Positions 48,746 through 59,700 of a stretch of DNA of 64,000 bases are shown here, piece after piece. The translations under genes and the position numbers were made by a program. How positions within the stretch are numbered: the first letter of the stretch is position 1; every line of letters begins with the position of its first letter. This DNA comes from Chlorobiota bacterium (GTDB lineage: Bacteria; Bacteroidota; Ignavibacteria; Kapaibacteriales; UBA2268), in assembly GCA_034670025.1 (NCBI GenBank), contig JAXMOE010000001.1, positions 619,099 through 683,098 of the forward strand, in the 5' to 3' direction. The notes below the pieces were generated by a model. The model made no database searches. It saw only the letters and a list, made by a program, of their open reading frames with translations, and was not told where the DNA came from.

Positions 48746-49690
48746 TTATTCATTTTCAGCTAACCATCTTTCTGCATCAATTGCAGCCATACATCCAGTA
48801 CCAGCAGCAGTTACTGCTTGTCGGTAAGTGTAGTCTTGTGCATCACCACAGGCGAATACACCTTCAATATTCGTATAAGTTGATTTGTCTTTAGTGTTAA
48901 TATATCCGACTTCATTCATATCTATGATACCTTCAAAAATATCAGTATTTGGTTTATGACCAATAGCTATAAATGCGCCACCACCATTATGGAAAGTAAT
49001 TTCACCGGTATTAACATTTTTAAGATTTAGTCCTGTTAATTTCTTAATCCCGTCATTTGTCTCCCCGATATACTCATCCACTACAACATTTTCAATAAAT
49101 TCTATTTTAGGATGATTCTGAGCTCTTTCTAACATAATTCTTGAAGCCCTATACTGCTCACTTCTGTTTACAATTGTTACTTTTTCACCGAATTTAGTTA
49201 AGAATAACGCTTCTTCCATTGCAGTGTCTCCACCACCAATGATAAATAGATTTTTTTCACCATTGAAAAAGAAACCATCACAAGTAGCACAAGCTGAAAT
49301 ACCTGTACCCCAATATGTTTCCTCACTAGGAATGCCCAATGTTTTAGCAGTTGCACCAGTTGAGATGATAACTGCATCGGCAGTATAAGATTCTTTTTCA
49401 GTTTTAAATTTGAATGGTTTTTCAGAAAAATCAACTTCCTTAACAGTCTCATAAACTGATTTTGCATCGAATCTTTGTGCTTGTTTTCTTAAAATATCCA
49501 TCATTTCTGGACCTTGTATTCCATTAACAAAACCAGGATAGTTTTCTACATCTGTCGTAATAGTTAATTGACCACCTGGTTGCATTCCTTCAAATACAAC
49601 TACATCTAAATTTGCTCTACTTGCATAAAGTGCAGCAGTTAGTCCAGCTGGACCTGATCCTATTATTGCTACTTGAATATGTTTTGACAA
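48746..49690 (-). CDS. trxB: Thioredoxin-disulfide reductase
   Basis: Redox-active CATCDG, FAD motif GSGPAG and NADPH motif GGGDTAMEEA. Confidence 0.9.
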   Translation of the reverse strand: MSKHIQVAIIGSGPAGLTAALYASRANLDVVVFEGMQPGGQLTITTDVENYPGFVNGIQGPEMMDILRKQAQRFDAKSVYETVKEVDFSEKPFKFKTEKESYTADAVIISTGATAKTLGIPSEETYWGTGISACATCDGFFFNGEKNLFIIGGGDTAMEEALFLTKFGEKVTIVNRSEQYRASRIMLERAQNHPKIEFIENVVVDEYIGETNDGIKKLTGLNLKNVNTGEITFHNGGGAFIAIGHKPNTDIFEGIIDMNEVGYINTKDKSTYTNIEGVFACGDAQDYTYRQAVTAAGTGCMAAIDAERWLAENE

Positions 49691-49749
49691 TTTTATTTCT
49701 CCTTAATAATTTTTATTTTTTTTCTTTTGACGTTTATATTCTATAAATA

Positions 49750-50679
49750 TTAGTTACTCCCTATCTCTCTTATATTTCTTAGCATTCCACTATGTTTTGG
49801 TCTTTTTAGCGGACTCTTAATACATATCTCTTTGTATTCTTCTTCAGAAATAGATTTGATATACTCAGGATTAATATTTGTTCTACCATTTCTTGGTAAC
49901 ACAAAGTCTTCTATCTGAACTGGTACTCTGTGATTATTCCAAGGACACACTTCTTGACATATATCGCACCCAAATGCCCAACCATCTAAATTTTTTGATA
50001 CTTCATCAGGAAAGCTATCTTCTCTTGATTCTATAGTCCAATATGAAATACACTTATTGGAATCAACAACCTTTTCTTCCACAATAGCTTTTGTTGGACA
50101 AGCATCAATACATTTTGTGCATTTACCACAATAATCCCTAACTAATTCATCTGAATCAATCTTCAATGTTGTAAATATAACTGCTATGAAAAAGTATGAC
50201 CCTAATTTTCTATTCAGAATTAAACTATTTTTACCTTGCCAACCAGTTCCTGATTGAACAGCCCATTGTTTTTCTAGAATCGGACCAGTGTCTATGTAAT
50301 GCTTGAATTCTTCGTTAGGATAAATTTCTTTCAATTCTTTGCATATTCGTTTAAGTTTCTTAGGTATATAGTTATGGTAATCATCTCCCCAAGCATATCG
50401 GGAAATTTTAAATTCATCCGAGCTGTGTTTCAAGTCAATATTATAATTATAAGTTAGAACAATTACGGATTGGGTGTCTTCTTGAATCAAACTCACATCT
50501 TTCCTTTTATCAACATTTTTTTTCATCCACTCCATATCAGAGTTATATCCTGAATTAAGCCAATCGGAATAATTCTCAGATTCTTCTTCTAAGAGCTTGT
50601 AATCAGACACTTTGAATGTATTGAAGTTTTCATTTAAACAGATATTTTCAATATTTTTCTTTTCTAAATTAGAAATCAA
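49750..50679 (-). CDS. queG: Epoxyqueuosine reductase QueG (4Fe-4S, cobalamin-dependent family)
   Basis: Two ferredoxin-type clusters (CGKCTKCIDACP; CDICQEVCPWN), 309 aa. Confidence 0.75.
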   Translation of the reverse strand: MISNLEKKNIENICLNENFNTFKVSDYKLLEEESENYSDWLNSGYNSDMEWMKKNVDKRKDVSLIQEDTQSVIVLTYNYNIDLKHSSDEFKISRYAWGDDYHNYIPKKLKRICKELKEIYPNEEFKHYIDTGPILEKQWAVQSGTGWQGKNSLILNRKLGSYFFIAVIFTTLKIDSDELVRDYCGKCTKCIDACPTKAIVEEKVVDSNKCISYWTIESREDSFPDEVSKNLDGWAFGCDICQEVCPWNNHRVPVQIEDFVLPRNGRTNINPEYIKSISEEEYKEICIKSPLKRPKHSGMLRNIREIGSN

Positions 50680-50680
50680 T

Positions 50681-51055
50681 TTATAATCTCCATTTTGGAA
50701 TTTTTAGTTCTGGTTTTTCAATATATACATCATTTTCAATAATTCTAACTTCATAAGTATCGAGCTGTTTTATTCCTTGATGTTTGTTTGTGTTCTCCCC
50801 TGAATCTAATTTATAAGTCCAACCATGAGCAGGACAAGTTATTGTGCAATCTTTTACTATGCCTTTGTGAATAACTGGCTGATGTTTATGTGGACAAATA
50901 TTTGAAACACAGAAGTATTTTCCATCTGTATAGAATACAGCAACTTGCATGTCGTCATCGTCTGGGAATTGGAATTTAATACCTCTGTTTTCTATTAATT
51001 CTTCTTTACTACAGACCCTAACGTATATTTTTCCATCAATTTCCATAGTTTTCAT
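50681..51055 (-). CDS. Small Rieske [2Fe-2S] domain protein (NirD-like ferredoxin)
   Basis: CxH..CxxH motifs (CPHKH ... CPAHGW); 124 aa; stop is 1 nt from the queG start. Confidence 0.8.
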   Translation of the reverse strand: MKTMEIDGKIYVRVCSKEELIENRGIKFQFPDDDDMQVAVFYTDGKYFCVSNICPHKHQPVIHKGIVKDCTITCPAHGWTYKLDSGENTNKHQGIKQLDTYEVRIIENDVYIEKPELKIPKWRL

Positions 51056-51129
51056 ATAGACATTTTTAGATTATTTTGTTAATATTATATAGATTTGCAA
51101 TCTATTTAAAAAAACAATTACATTAAAAT

Positions 51130-54100
51130 ATGTTTAGAGAATTACCAGACAATATTTCATATCCGAAAATTGAAGAAAATATACTTTCCTTTTGGGAAAA
51201 AAATAAAATTTTCGAAAAGTCATTAGAATTAAGAGATGAAGAAAACTCATTTACTTTCTACGAAGGTCCTCCTACTGTAAATGGTAAGCCAGGCATTCAC
51301 CACATGATGGCAAGGACAATCAAAGACACAGTCTGTAGATATAAAACTATGCAAGGTTACTTCGTTAGAAGACAAGCAGGATGGGACACACATGGACTTC
51401 CTGTAGAAATTCAAGCTGAGAAAGAACTTGGAATAAAAGACAAATCTGAAGTTGAAACTATTGGAATCGGTAAATTCAATAAAGCTTGTAAAGATTTAGT
51501 TTATAAAAACATTGAAATGGATGAAGGTTGGAGAACTTTAACCAGCAGAATGGGTTATTGGGTTGACTTAGATGAAGCTTATATAACTTGTACAAATGAC
51601 TACATAGAATCAGTTTGGTGGGCCTTAAAGAGTCTTTTTGATAAAAACTTAATTTACAAAGGATTCAAAGTAGTTCCTCAATCCCCTACTATTGGTACCC
51701 CTCTTAGCTCACACGAATTATCTTTGGGCTACAAAGAAGTTCAAGATTATAATTGTTATGTAAAATTAAAAGTAACATCTTCAAAATTAGAAGAATTAGT
51801 TGGAACTGAATTATTAGTTTGGACAACAACTCCTTGGACTCTATTTTCAAACGTCGCATTAGCAATAGGTGAAGATATTGACTATGTTTTAGTTGAGAAC
51901 AAAAGAAAAATAAAAGATGAAGAACTAATTGACAAAATAGTACTTGCGAAAGATAGATTAGAAACATTAGACGGTGAATACGATGTAATTAAAGAATACA
52001 AAGGTAAAGATTTACTTGGAACAAAGTATGAACAAATATTTCCATACCTCGATCTAGAAGAGGATAATCATCCAAATGCCTTATCTATAATTTCTGGTGA
52101 CTTTGTGTCAACGGAAGATGGCTCGGGTATAGTGCATTTAGCTCCAGCGTTTGGTGAAGATGATTATAGATTAGCTAAAGAAAATAATTTACCATTTGTT
52201 CAACCTGTCACTGCTGATGGCCACCTGACAGATGAGTTAGGTCCGTTCGCTGGCAGAGCTATTAAAGATTTTGAATATGAGGACAGGAAGGAAGAAGGGG
52301 TTGAGAAAGATACAGTAATTGCTCTTAAAAAAGCAGGTAAAATTTATCGTTCTCAAAAAGATTATCTCCATAATTATCCTCATTGTTGGAGAACTGGTAA
52401 CCCTATTATGTATTACGCTAGAGAAAGTTGGTTCATAAAATCTCCAGAGTATAAAGAAAGGATGATAGAACTAAACAAAACTATAAATTGGCAACCAAAA
52501 GAAATTGGAGAAGGTAGGTTTGGCAATTGGTTAGAAGATGTAAAAGAATGGTCGCTTTCAAGAGATAGATATTGGGGTACTCCCCTACCGCTTTGGGTTA
52601 ATGAAAATGATGATACTGATATAATTGCTGTTGGTTCTATTGAAGAACTTAAAACTGGAATCTATATCAATGAAGATGGCTCTAAGGTAACTGTTGAAAA
52701 TTGTGGATTAGAAATTGATTTACATAGACCATTTGTTGATAATGTAGTATTTGAGAAAGATGGTAACACATATAAACGAACCCACGAAGTAATTGACGCT
52801 TGGTTTGACTCTGGGTCAATGCCGTTTGCACAGTTACATTATCCATTTGAAAATAAAGATTTATTTGAAAAATCATTTCCTGCTGATTTTATTGCAGAAG
52901 GAATAGATCAAACAAGAGGATGGTTTTATACATTACATAATATTTCTACAGCGTTGTTTGACAAACCAGCTTACAAAAATATTGTTGTAAACGAACTTAT
53001 ATTAGATAAGAATGGCGTAAAAATGTCTAAAAGATTAGGCAACTCCATTGACCCGTTTGAAATTATGGACAAAATGGGTGCCGATGCAGTCAGATGGTAC
53101 TTATTTGTAAACAATCCTCCTTGGAATACAACTAAGTTCAATCCTGATGAAATATCAAGAGTGGTTGTCTCTGATTTCTTCCGTTCTTTAACTCAGACTT
53201 ACAACTTTTTCTCCCTTTATGCTAACATTGATAAATTTGATGTTAATAGTGAAGAAATTCCAGTAGAAGAAAGACCTGAAATTGATAAATGGATACTTTC
53301 CAGAGTAAACACTTTAGCTAAAGAATACATTAAATTGATGGATGAGTATGAGTTAACAAAAGCTCACAGAGCAATTCAAGAATTTACTATAAATGAATTA
53401 TCTAATTGGTATATAAGAAGGAACAGAAGACGTTTTTGGAAAGGAGAAAACGATAATGACAAATTATCAGCTTATCAAACTTTAAGAAAAGTATTCCTAA
53501 GAGTTCTTCAATTATCAGCTTCTGCAGCTCCATTTTTAAGTGATGACCTTTACCAAAGAATAAAGAAATCCGATGAACCAATTTCTATACATTTGACTGA
53601 CTTTATGGATGTTAATAATGAAATCATTGATTTGGAATTAGAAGAAAAAATGGAAACTGCTCAGAGAGTAGTTTATTTAGCTCGTTCATTAAGAGAAAAA
53701 TCTCAAATTAAGACCAGACAGCCACTCCAAAAAATACTAATCCCTGTACTAACTCCAGTGTTTAGGAGGAATATAGAAGAAATGTCAGACATTATAAAAG
53801 AAGAGCTAAATATAAAAGAGATTGAATATATTAATGATAGTACATCAAATATAATCAAGAAAAATGTTAGACCTGATTACCGAACAATAGGCAACAAGTT
53901 TGGCAAACTAACAAGTAAGATAGCTAATGAAGTTAAAAACTTTAGTGAAAATAATATTGACGAACTTCTTAACAATAGTGAATTTAGTATAACTGTTGAT
54001 GGCGAGACTTATACGATTACCGAAGAAGATGTTGAGATTTATCACGAAGACATAGAAGGTTGGTTAGTAGCTAACGAGAAAAATGTTACAGTTGCTTTAG

Positions 54101-54378
54101 ATACTACAATAACAGAAGACCTAAAAAATGAAGGTATTGCAAGGGATTTTGTTAGCAAAATACAGAATATCAGAAAAGACATAGGCTTAGAAGTGACTGA
54201 TAGGATTGAAATTAATATATTATCTAATGATTTATTATCTAATAGTTTAGTTAATCAAGCGGATTATATTAAGAATGAAACTTTATGCAACGAACTGAAT
54301 GTAGTTGACATTATTGATGACTCAATACAGATTGATATTGATGACTCTCAATTAACTGTATCTGTTGTAAAAATATAA
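51130..54378 (+). CDS. ileS: Isoleucine--tRNA ligase (long, type-2/eukaryote-like form)
   Basis: HIGH-class motif (PPTVNGKPGIHH), KMSKS (VKMSKRLGN), and the editing domain; 1082 aa. Confidence 0.9.
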   Translation: MFRELPDNISYPKIEENILSFWEKNKIFEKSLELRDEENSFTFYEGPPTVNGKPGIHHMMARTIKDTVCRYKTMQGYFVRRQAGWDTHGLPVEIQAEKELGIKDKSEVETIGIGKFNKACKDLVYKNIEMDEGWRTLTSRMGYWVDLDEAYITCTNDYIESVWWALKSLFDKNLIYKGFKVVPQSPTIGTPLSSHELSLGYKEVQDYNCYVKLKVTSSKLEELVGTELLVWTTTPWTLFSNVALAIGEDIDYVLVENKRKIKDEELIDKIVLAKDRLETLDGEYDVIKEYKGKDLLGTKYEQIFPYLDLEEDNHPNALSIISGDFVSTEDGSGIVHLAPAFGEDDYRLAKENNLPFVQPVTADGHLTDELGPFAGRAIKDFEYEDRKEEGVEKDTVIALKKAGKIYRSQKDYLHNYPHCWRTGNPIMYYARESWFIKSPEYKERMIELNKTINWQPKEIGEGRFGNWLEDVKEWSLSRDRYWGTPLPLWVNENDDTDIIAVGSIEELKTGIYINEDGSKVTVENCGLEIDLHRPFVDNVVFEKDGNTYKRTHEVIDAWFDSGSMPFAQLHYPFENKDLFEKSFPADFIAEGIDQTRGWFYTLHNISTALFDKPAYKNIVVNELILDKNGVKMSKRLGNSIDPFEIMDKMGADAVRWYLFVNNPPWNTTKFNPDEISRVVVSDFFRSLTQTYNFFSLYANIDKFDVNSEEIPVEERPEIDKWILSRVNTLAKEYIKLMDEYELTKAHRAIQEFTINELSNWYIRRNRRRFWKGENDNDKLSAYQTLRKVFLRVLQLSASAAPFLSDDLYQRIKKSDEPISIHLTDFMDVNNEIIDLELEEKMETAQRVVYLARSLREKSQIKTRQPLQKILIPVLTPVFRRNIEEMSDIIKEELNIKEIEYINDSTSNIIKKNVRPDYRTIGNKFGKLTSKIANEVKNFSENNIDELLNNSEFSITVDGETYTITEEDVEIYHEDIEGWLVANEKNVTVALDTTITEDLKNEGIARDFVSKIQNIRKDIGLEVTDRIEINILSNDLLSNSLVNQADYIKNETLCNELNVVDIIDDSIQIDIDDSQLTVSVVKI

Positions 54379-54476
54379 CTGTTGGTAACTAATGTTTGTA
54401 AATTTAATTTTTATAAGTTATAATTGCCTTTTACAAACATGATAGATATAATAAGCTCTAAAAAGGAGATATTGAA

Positions 54477-54980
54477 ATGGCAAAAAAGAAACCAAAAATA
54501 AAAGCACCTAAGGTTTACGATTACGCAAATTATTCTGAATCTAATCCTGCACCAAGAGATCCTGATTTAAGATATGGTGATGAAGATTTAGAAGAGTTCA
54601 AAGAAGTTGTACTTTCTGCACGTGAGGAAGCGTTAGACGAATTATCAATGTTAAAAGACAGAATTGATGATTTGAATGAATCTGATACAGCAGAAGAAAG
54701 TATGACATACTCTATGCACATGGGTGATCAAGGAACAGAAGCTCAAGAAAAAGAAAAAACATATGCTCAAATTCATAGGATTAATGAATACATCAAAAAA
54801 CTTGATGACGCATTGAGTAGAATAAGTGAAAAAACTTATGGTATTTGTAGAGTTTGTGGTATTTTGATTGCTAAACAAAGACTTTTAGCAGTTCCTATTA
54901 CTACACTTTCAGCATCATTCAAAATTAGAAAAGAGTGTCCTGTTGATGGAATAGATAGAATAGAAGCTAGGAAAGATTAA
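54477..54980 (+). CDS. DksA/TraR-family protein with degenerate C4 zinc finger
   Basis: Coiled-coil region followed by a CRVC..ECP C-terminal region, AAGGAG SD. The ileS-dksA-lspA gene order is typical of FCB genomes. Confidence 0.65.
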   Translation: MAKKKPKIKAPKVYDYANYSESNPAPRDPDLRYGDEDLEEFKEVVLSAREEALDELSMLKDRIDDLNESDTAEESMTYSMHMGDQGTEAQEKEKTYAQIHRINEYIKKLDDALSRISEKTYGICRVCGILIAKQRLLAVPITTLSASFKIRKECPVDGIDRIEARKD

Positions 54981-54998
54981 TAATTTTCAAATAAATAG

Positions 54999-55595
54999 AT
55001 GAAAAAAAATACTTTCCTCCTCTTCACCTTATCATTATTGTTAATACTTTTTGATCAAATCACAAAGATTATAGTAAAAGGATTTAACTTGTTAGGTTTC
55101 ACCCATAAAGGGTTTAACTATGGTGAGAGAGTTGAATTTATAGGTGAGTTTATTCAATTCACCTTTGTTGAAAATCCAGGTATGGCATTTAGTATTGAGT
55201 TTGGCAAAGGGAAAATATTTTTAAGTTTATTTTCTATTATCGCTTCAATCCTATTAGCACTTTATATCACAAAAATTGGGAATAAGCCAAAGGGATACAT
55301 ACTTGCTGTTGTACTAATATTTGCTGGTGCTACAGGTAATATGATAGACAGAGTTTTTTATGGTGTTTTCTATGATTATGGTCCAATTTTCTACGGTAAA
55401 GTAGTAGATTTTATACTCGTGGATATACCAAATATTGAAATATTTGGAAAATATTATGACTATTTTCCAGTATTTAACATAGCTGACTCCTGTGTTTCTG
55501 TTGGAATAGTTTTGTTGTTATTTTATAATCAACATATTCCAACATTGGCTGAACTAAGAAATAAAGAAGAACCCAGCAATCAAAATGACAAATGA
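54999..55595 (+). CDS. lspA: Lipoprotein signal peptidase II
   Basis: Four TM helices, with conserved Asp residues in the FNIAD and VVDF/IDR contexts. Confidence 0.85.
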   Translation: MKKNTFLLFTLSLLLILFDQITKIIVKGFNLLGFTHKGFNYGERVEFIGEFIQFTFVENPGMAFSIEFGKGKIFLSLFSIIASILLALYITKIGNKPKGYILAVVLIFAGATGNMIDRVFYGVFYDYGPIFYGKVVDFILVDIPNIEIFGKYYDYFPVFNIADSCVSVGIVLLLFYNQHIPTLAELRNKEEPSNQNDK

Positions 55596-56652
55596 TAGTA
55601 ACATAGACTTATCTCACTACCCAGATTACGAAGAAGATTTAATAGTAATTGATGTCCCATCAGGCAAAGAACCTGAAAGAATAGATTCATACCTTTCACA
55701 ATTAGTAAAAAATGCTAGTAGAACCAGAGTGCAAAAATCTCTGTATGAAGGTATGGTTAAAGTAAATGGTAAACTAATTAAAAAACCTAGCTTCAAAATA
55801 AATGCAAATGACAAAATAGAATGTATTCTACTGAGAAGACCTCCTATTAGATTAGTACCGCAAGAAATGGATTTGAACATTGTGTATGAAGATGACTACT
55901 TGCTGGTAATTAATAAACCAGCAGGAATGGTTGTGCATCCAGGGGTTGGTAATAGGCACAGTACATTAGCAAATGGTATTTTACACCATCTAAATAAAGA
56001 CAATACAAATGAGTCTTGGAATTTGCAAGAAGGTGAATCTGATGATATACTTGCATCAACAGAGCTAAGACCTGGAATAGTCCACCGTCTTGATAAAGAT
56101 ACAAGCGGTTTATTACTAATTGCTAAAACAACAGAAATATTGACACATTTACAAGAGCAGTTTGCAGAACGAACAGTTTCCCGAACTTATAATGCTGTTG
56201 TTTGGGGTACAAGTATAGAAAACTCTGGCAGTATAGTGGGAAATATTGCACGTTCAAAAGTAGATAGAAAACTTTTCAGTGTTTCTACAAGAGAAGGTAA
56301 ATATGCTAAAACAAACTACAATGTTTTAAATCGTTATGAAATTGCATCTTTGTTAGAATTAAAATTAGAAACTGGTAGAACACACCAAATTAGAGTGCAT
56401 CTTAATTCAATAAGTTATCCTATAATGGGCGATATTGATTATGGTGGAGCTGAGAATAAATATAAGGGTGCTAACGGTCAATTGAATAATTTAGCCAAAT
56501 TCGTATTATCAAGAGCAAAGCGTCAGCTTTTACACGCCAAATCAATAGAGTTCTATCACCCAAAACTAAATAAAACAATGCTTATTGAATCAGATTTACC
56601 TGATGATATGAGTAAAGTATTAGACATTTTAGTAATAAACAATAATTTTTAA
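55585..56652 (+). CDS. rluD: RluA-family 23S rRNA pseudouridine synthase (RluD-like) with N-terminal S4 domain
   Basis: Catalytic HRLDKDTSGLLL motif and an S4 domain. Confidence 0.9.
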   Translation: MTNDSNIDLSHYPDYEEDLIVIDVPSGKEPERIDSYLSQLVKNASRTRVQKSLYEGMVKVNGKLIKKPSFKINANDKIECILLRRPPIRLVPQEMDLNIVYEDDYLLVINKPAGMVVHPGVGNRHSTLANGILHHLNKDNTNESWNLQEGESDDILASTELRPGIVHRLDKDTSGLLLIAKTTEILTHLQEQFAERTVSRTYNAVVWGTSIENSGSIVGNIARSKVDRKLFSVSTREGKYAKTNYNVLNRYEIASLLELKLETGRTHQIRVHLNSISYPIMGDIDYGGAENKYKGANGQLNNLAKFVLSRAKRQLLHAKSIEFYHPKLNKTMLIESDLPDDMSKVLDILVINNNF

Positions 56653-56702
56653 TGTAATTTTATTTATATTCCAACAATTCTTAATTAATAAACAATTATC
56701 AG

Positions 56703-59700
56703 ATGAAATATATACTTCCTTATTTAACTTTATTACTTTTTACTACGAATTTGTTATTTTCAAATATAAATACTATATCTAATTTTGTAGAGAACAGTGG
56801 TCAATGGGATGAAGACATATTGTTTTCTTTAAACAATAATGGCATTGTTACAAATATTACCAGTGATGGAATTTACTTTGATTTCTTTAAAATTAATAGT
56901 AACAAAATTATTGGTGATGTGATTAGAATGGAGTTAGAAAATTCTACGAATTTTAATATAAAACCAATAAACAAACAAGAAAATAACATAAACTATTTTA
57001 TCGGTAATGATCCTGATAAATGGGTTCGTAATGTAAGCACTTATGAAAAGATTGTTTTTGAGAATGTCTATTCTGGAATTAATTTGGAATTGTTAAATCA
57101 TAATAATTCCCCAAGATATGATTTTGTAGTTGAACCTTATGCTGACCCAAGCCAAATTAGTATCATTTTTGATGGAGTTAATTCTATTAGCACTGATAAT
57201 AAAAAATTAATAATTAATACTTTAAACTCTGTAATTGAAAATAAAAACCTCCTAGCTTATCAGATTATTGACGGTAATAAGCAGTTAATACCATGTGAAT
57301 TTAAATTAATTAATAATAAAATTAGTTTTGATTTGGGTAACTATGATAATTCAAAGAAGTTAGTTATAGATCCGGTTGTTTATTCTAGTTATTTTGGTGG
57401 TAACGGTGATGAGAAAGCAAATGTCGTTAAATTCATAGATGATAAAACAATTGTTTTAGGTGGAACAACAACTTCTAACGATTTGAAAACCACAGTGGGT
57501 TCTTACAACGAAGAATATGGCGATAGGGGTGATGGATTTTTAACAAAATTAAGAATTGAAAACTCTGAATATATACCATCATTTACTACTTTCATCGGAT
57601 CGTTGGAATTAGATGAAATTATTGACTTAGAAATAGACAATGATTTTATTTTAGTAACTGGGAATACAAGGTCTTCTGATTTTCCAATGGTTAAAGCATT
57701 CAAATCTCAATTTGGTGGTAAATCTGATATTTTCGTTTCATCTATTGGGTTGAATGGTGATACTTTGCTGCAATCATCTTTTTATGGTGGGAGTGGTGAC
57801 GACGTAGTAATTGAAGTAAATAAAGATAATAACAATACATATTTATTCGGTGGTATAACAAATTCGAATAACATACAAGTCCTAGGAGGTCCACCTAATA
57901 GCAATTATAAAGGTGACAAGGATATATTACTATTCTCAGTTAACTCTAATAGAAGTTCTGTTTCATTATCTGCTTATGTAGGTGGGCTACGAGACGACAT
58001 ATTAGAAGATATGTATATAGATAAATTTACCAGAGAAATATTAATAACTGGTTACACATACTCATCAACTGGTAGTGATTTAGATTTTCCTAATTATCCC
58101 AAAAAACGCTTTGGGCAAGGTGGTCCTTACGACGAAACACTTAATGGAAATAAAGATGCGTTTGTAATACAATTATTACAAGGAGCCCAGAATTATAAAA
58201 TTTCCACATACATTGGTGGAGATGGTGATGATATTGGTAAAGGTGTCTGGCTGAATGATAAGGATGAAATATTTGTTATTGGCGAAACTTATTCAAATAA
58301 AAAAAGTTTAGGATTTCCAGTTACAATAGGTGATAATAATATACGAGGTAATGCTGATATATTCATTGCTAAGTTTAATAAATTAGCAACTAGTTTTGGT
58401 GGTGTAAAAACTCAAAGTTTAGGATTTTCTCGAGTACACCAATCCCAAGGCAATGATATTATATCTAAATTTGTAAGACCTCCTGATGGCATTGGTTTGA
58501 GCATTTTATTGTCTACAAATGGCGAGTTTCCTGAACTGACAACATCTAATATGAAACAAAAACAGAATATTATACTTTCAGCTTTAAACACATCTGATGG
58601 TGGAATACTTGAATCTACATTGTTTGGAGGTTCGGACGATGACTTTCCTACATATATTACTTATGACTCATTTGACAATTATTTAATTGCAGGTTTTACT
58701 AAGTCAAGTGATTTCGAAACCACAACAAATTCATCACAAAATGAATTATCTGGTGTTAGTGATATAGTACTGATAAGAAATAACAAATCAGAAATGAGTT
58801 TTTTAAACCCTCAACCTAATCAAATTTTATGCGTAGGTTCTGTTGTTTCTGTCCAATGGTCTGGTGATAAGTTAAGTTCAGAAGCTGGTTATGATATTGG
58901 TTATATGATTAATAATAATCCAAATACTTTCCAATCAATCATTTCTGATTTAGAAGCTGAATCATACAATTGGACTATTCCTGAAAGTTTATCCGGTGAA
59001 GATAGTATTACAATTAGAGTTAGTCATTCTTCTGGAGCATTTAGCCAAAATGAGAATTTCTTTTCTGTAAATGAAACTGCTAAAATTAATTCATTTGAAT
59101 TGATGACAGAAGATACTATTTGTATTGGTGATAGCATTGTTTTCAACGCTAATTCGATTGGTACTAATGTTGAATATGTTTTGTATAAAGACGATATTGA
59201 AATTGAGCGTTCCGCTGAAAATGTTTTTAAAATAAATAGTGTAAATGTTGATGATATAGGCACTTATAAAGTTTCTGTAGTAAATGAATGTCCACCTCAA
59301 AGTTTTTCTGAAAATTCAATTAGTGTTTTTGTATCTCAAAACACAAAAGCGGGATCTTTACCTGAATCTATTACTAAGAAAAAAGGTGAAGTATTAGAAC
59401 TTAATACTGACTCAAAAGGAGTTGAATTGATATACGAGTGGTATAAGGACGATTCTGTTGTACCTTCTCAAAAAGGATCTACTTTGACTCTGAGTAATTT
59501 ATCATTGAACGATGCTGGTAATTACAAATGTATTGTTACGGGTAAATGTGGAATTGATACTTCAAATGTTTCGATAGTTAATGTAGAAGACGTAATTGGA
59601 AATGTCAAACAACAATTAACTGAAATTGCAGAAGTAAACATTAATTCAGATGGAACAGTTAATATTGAAATAAAAAATAGCACTCTGTTTAATCTTAATT

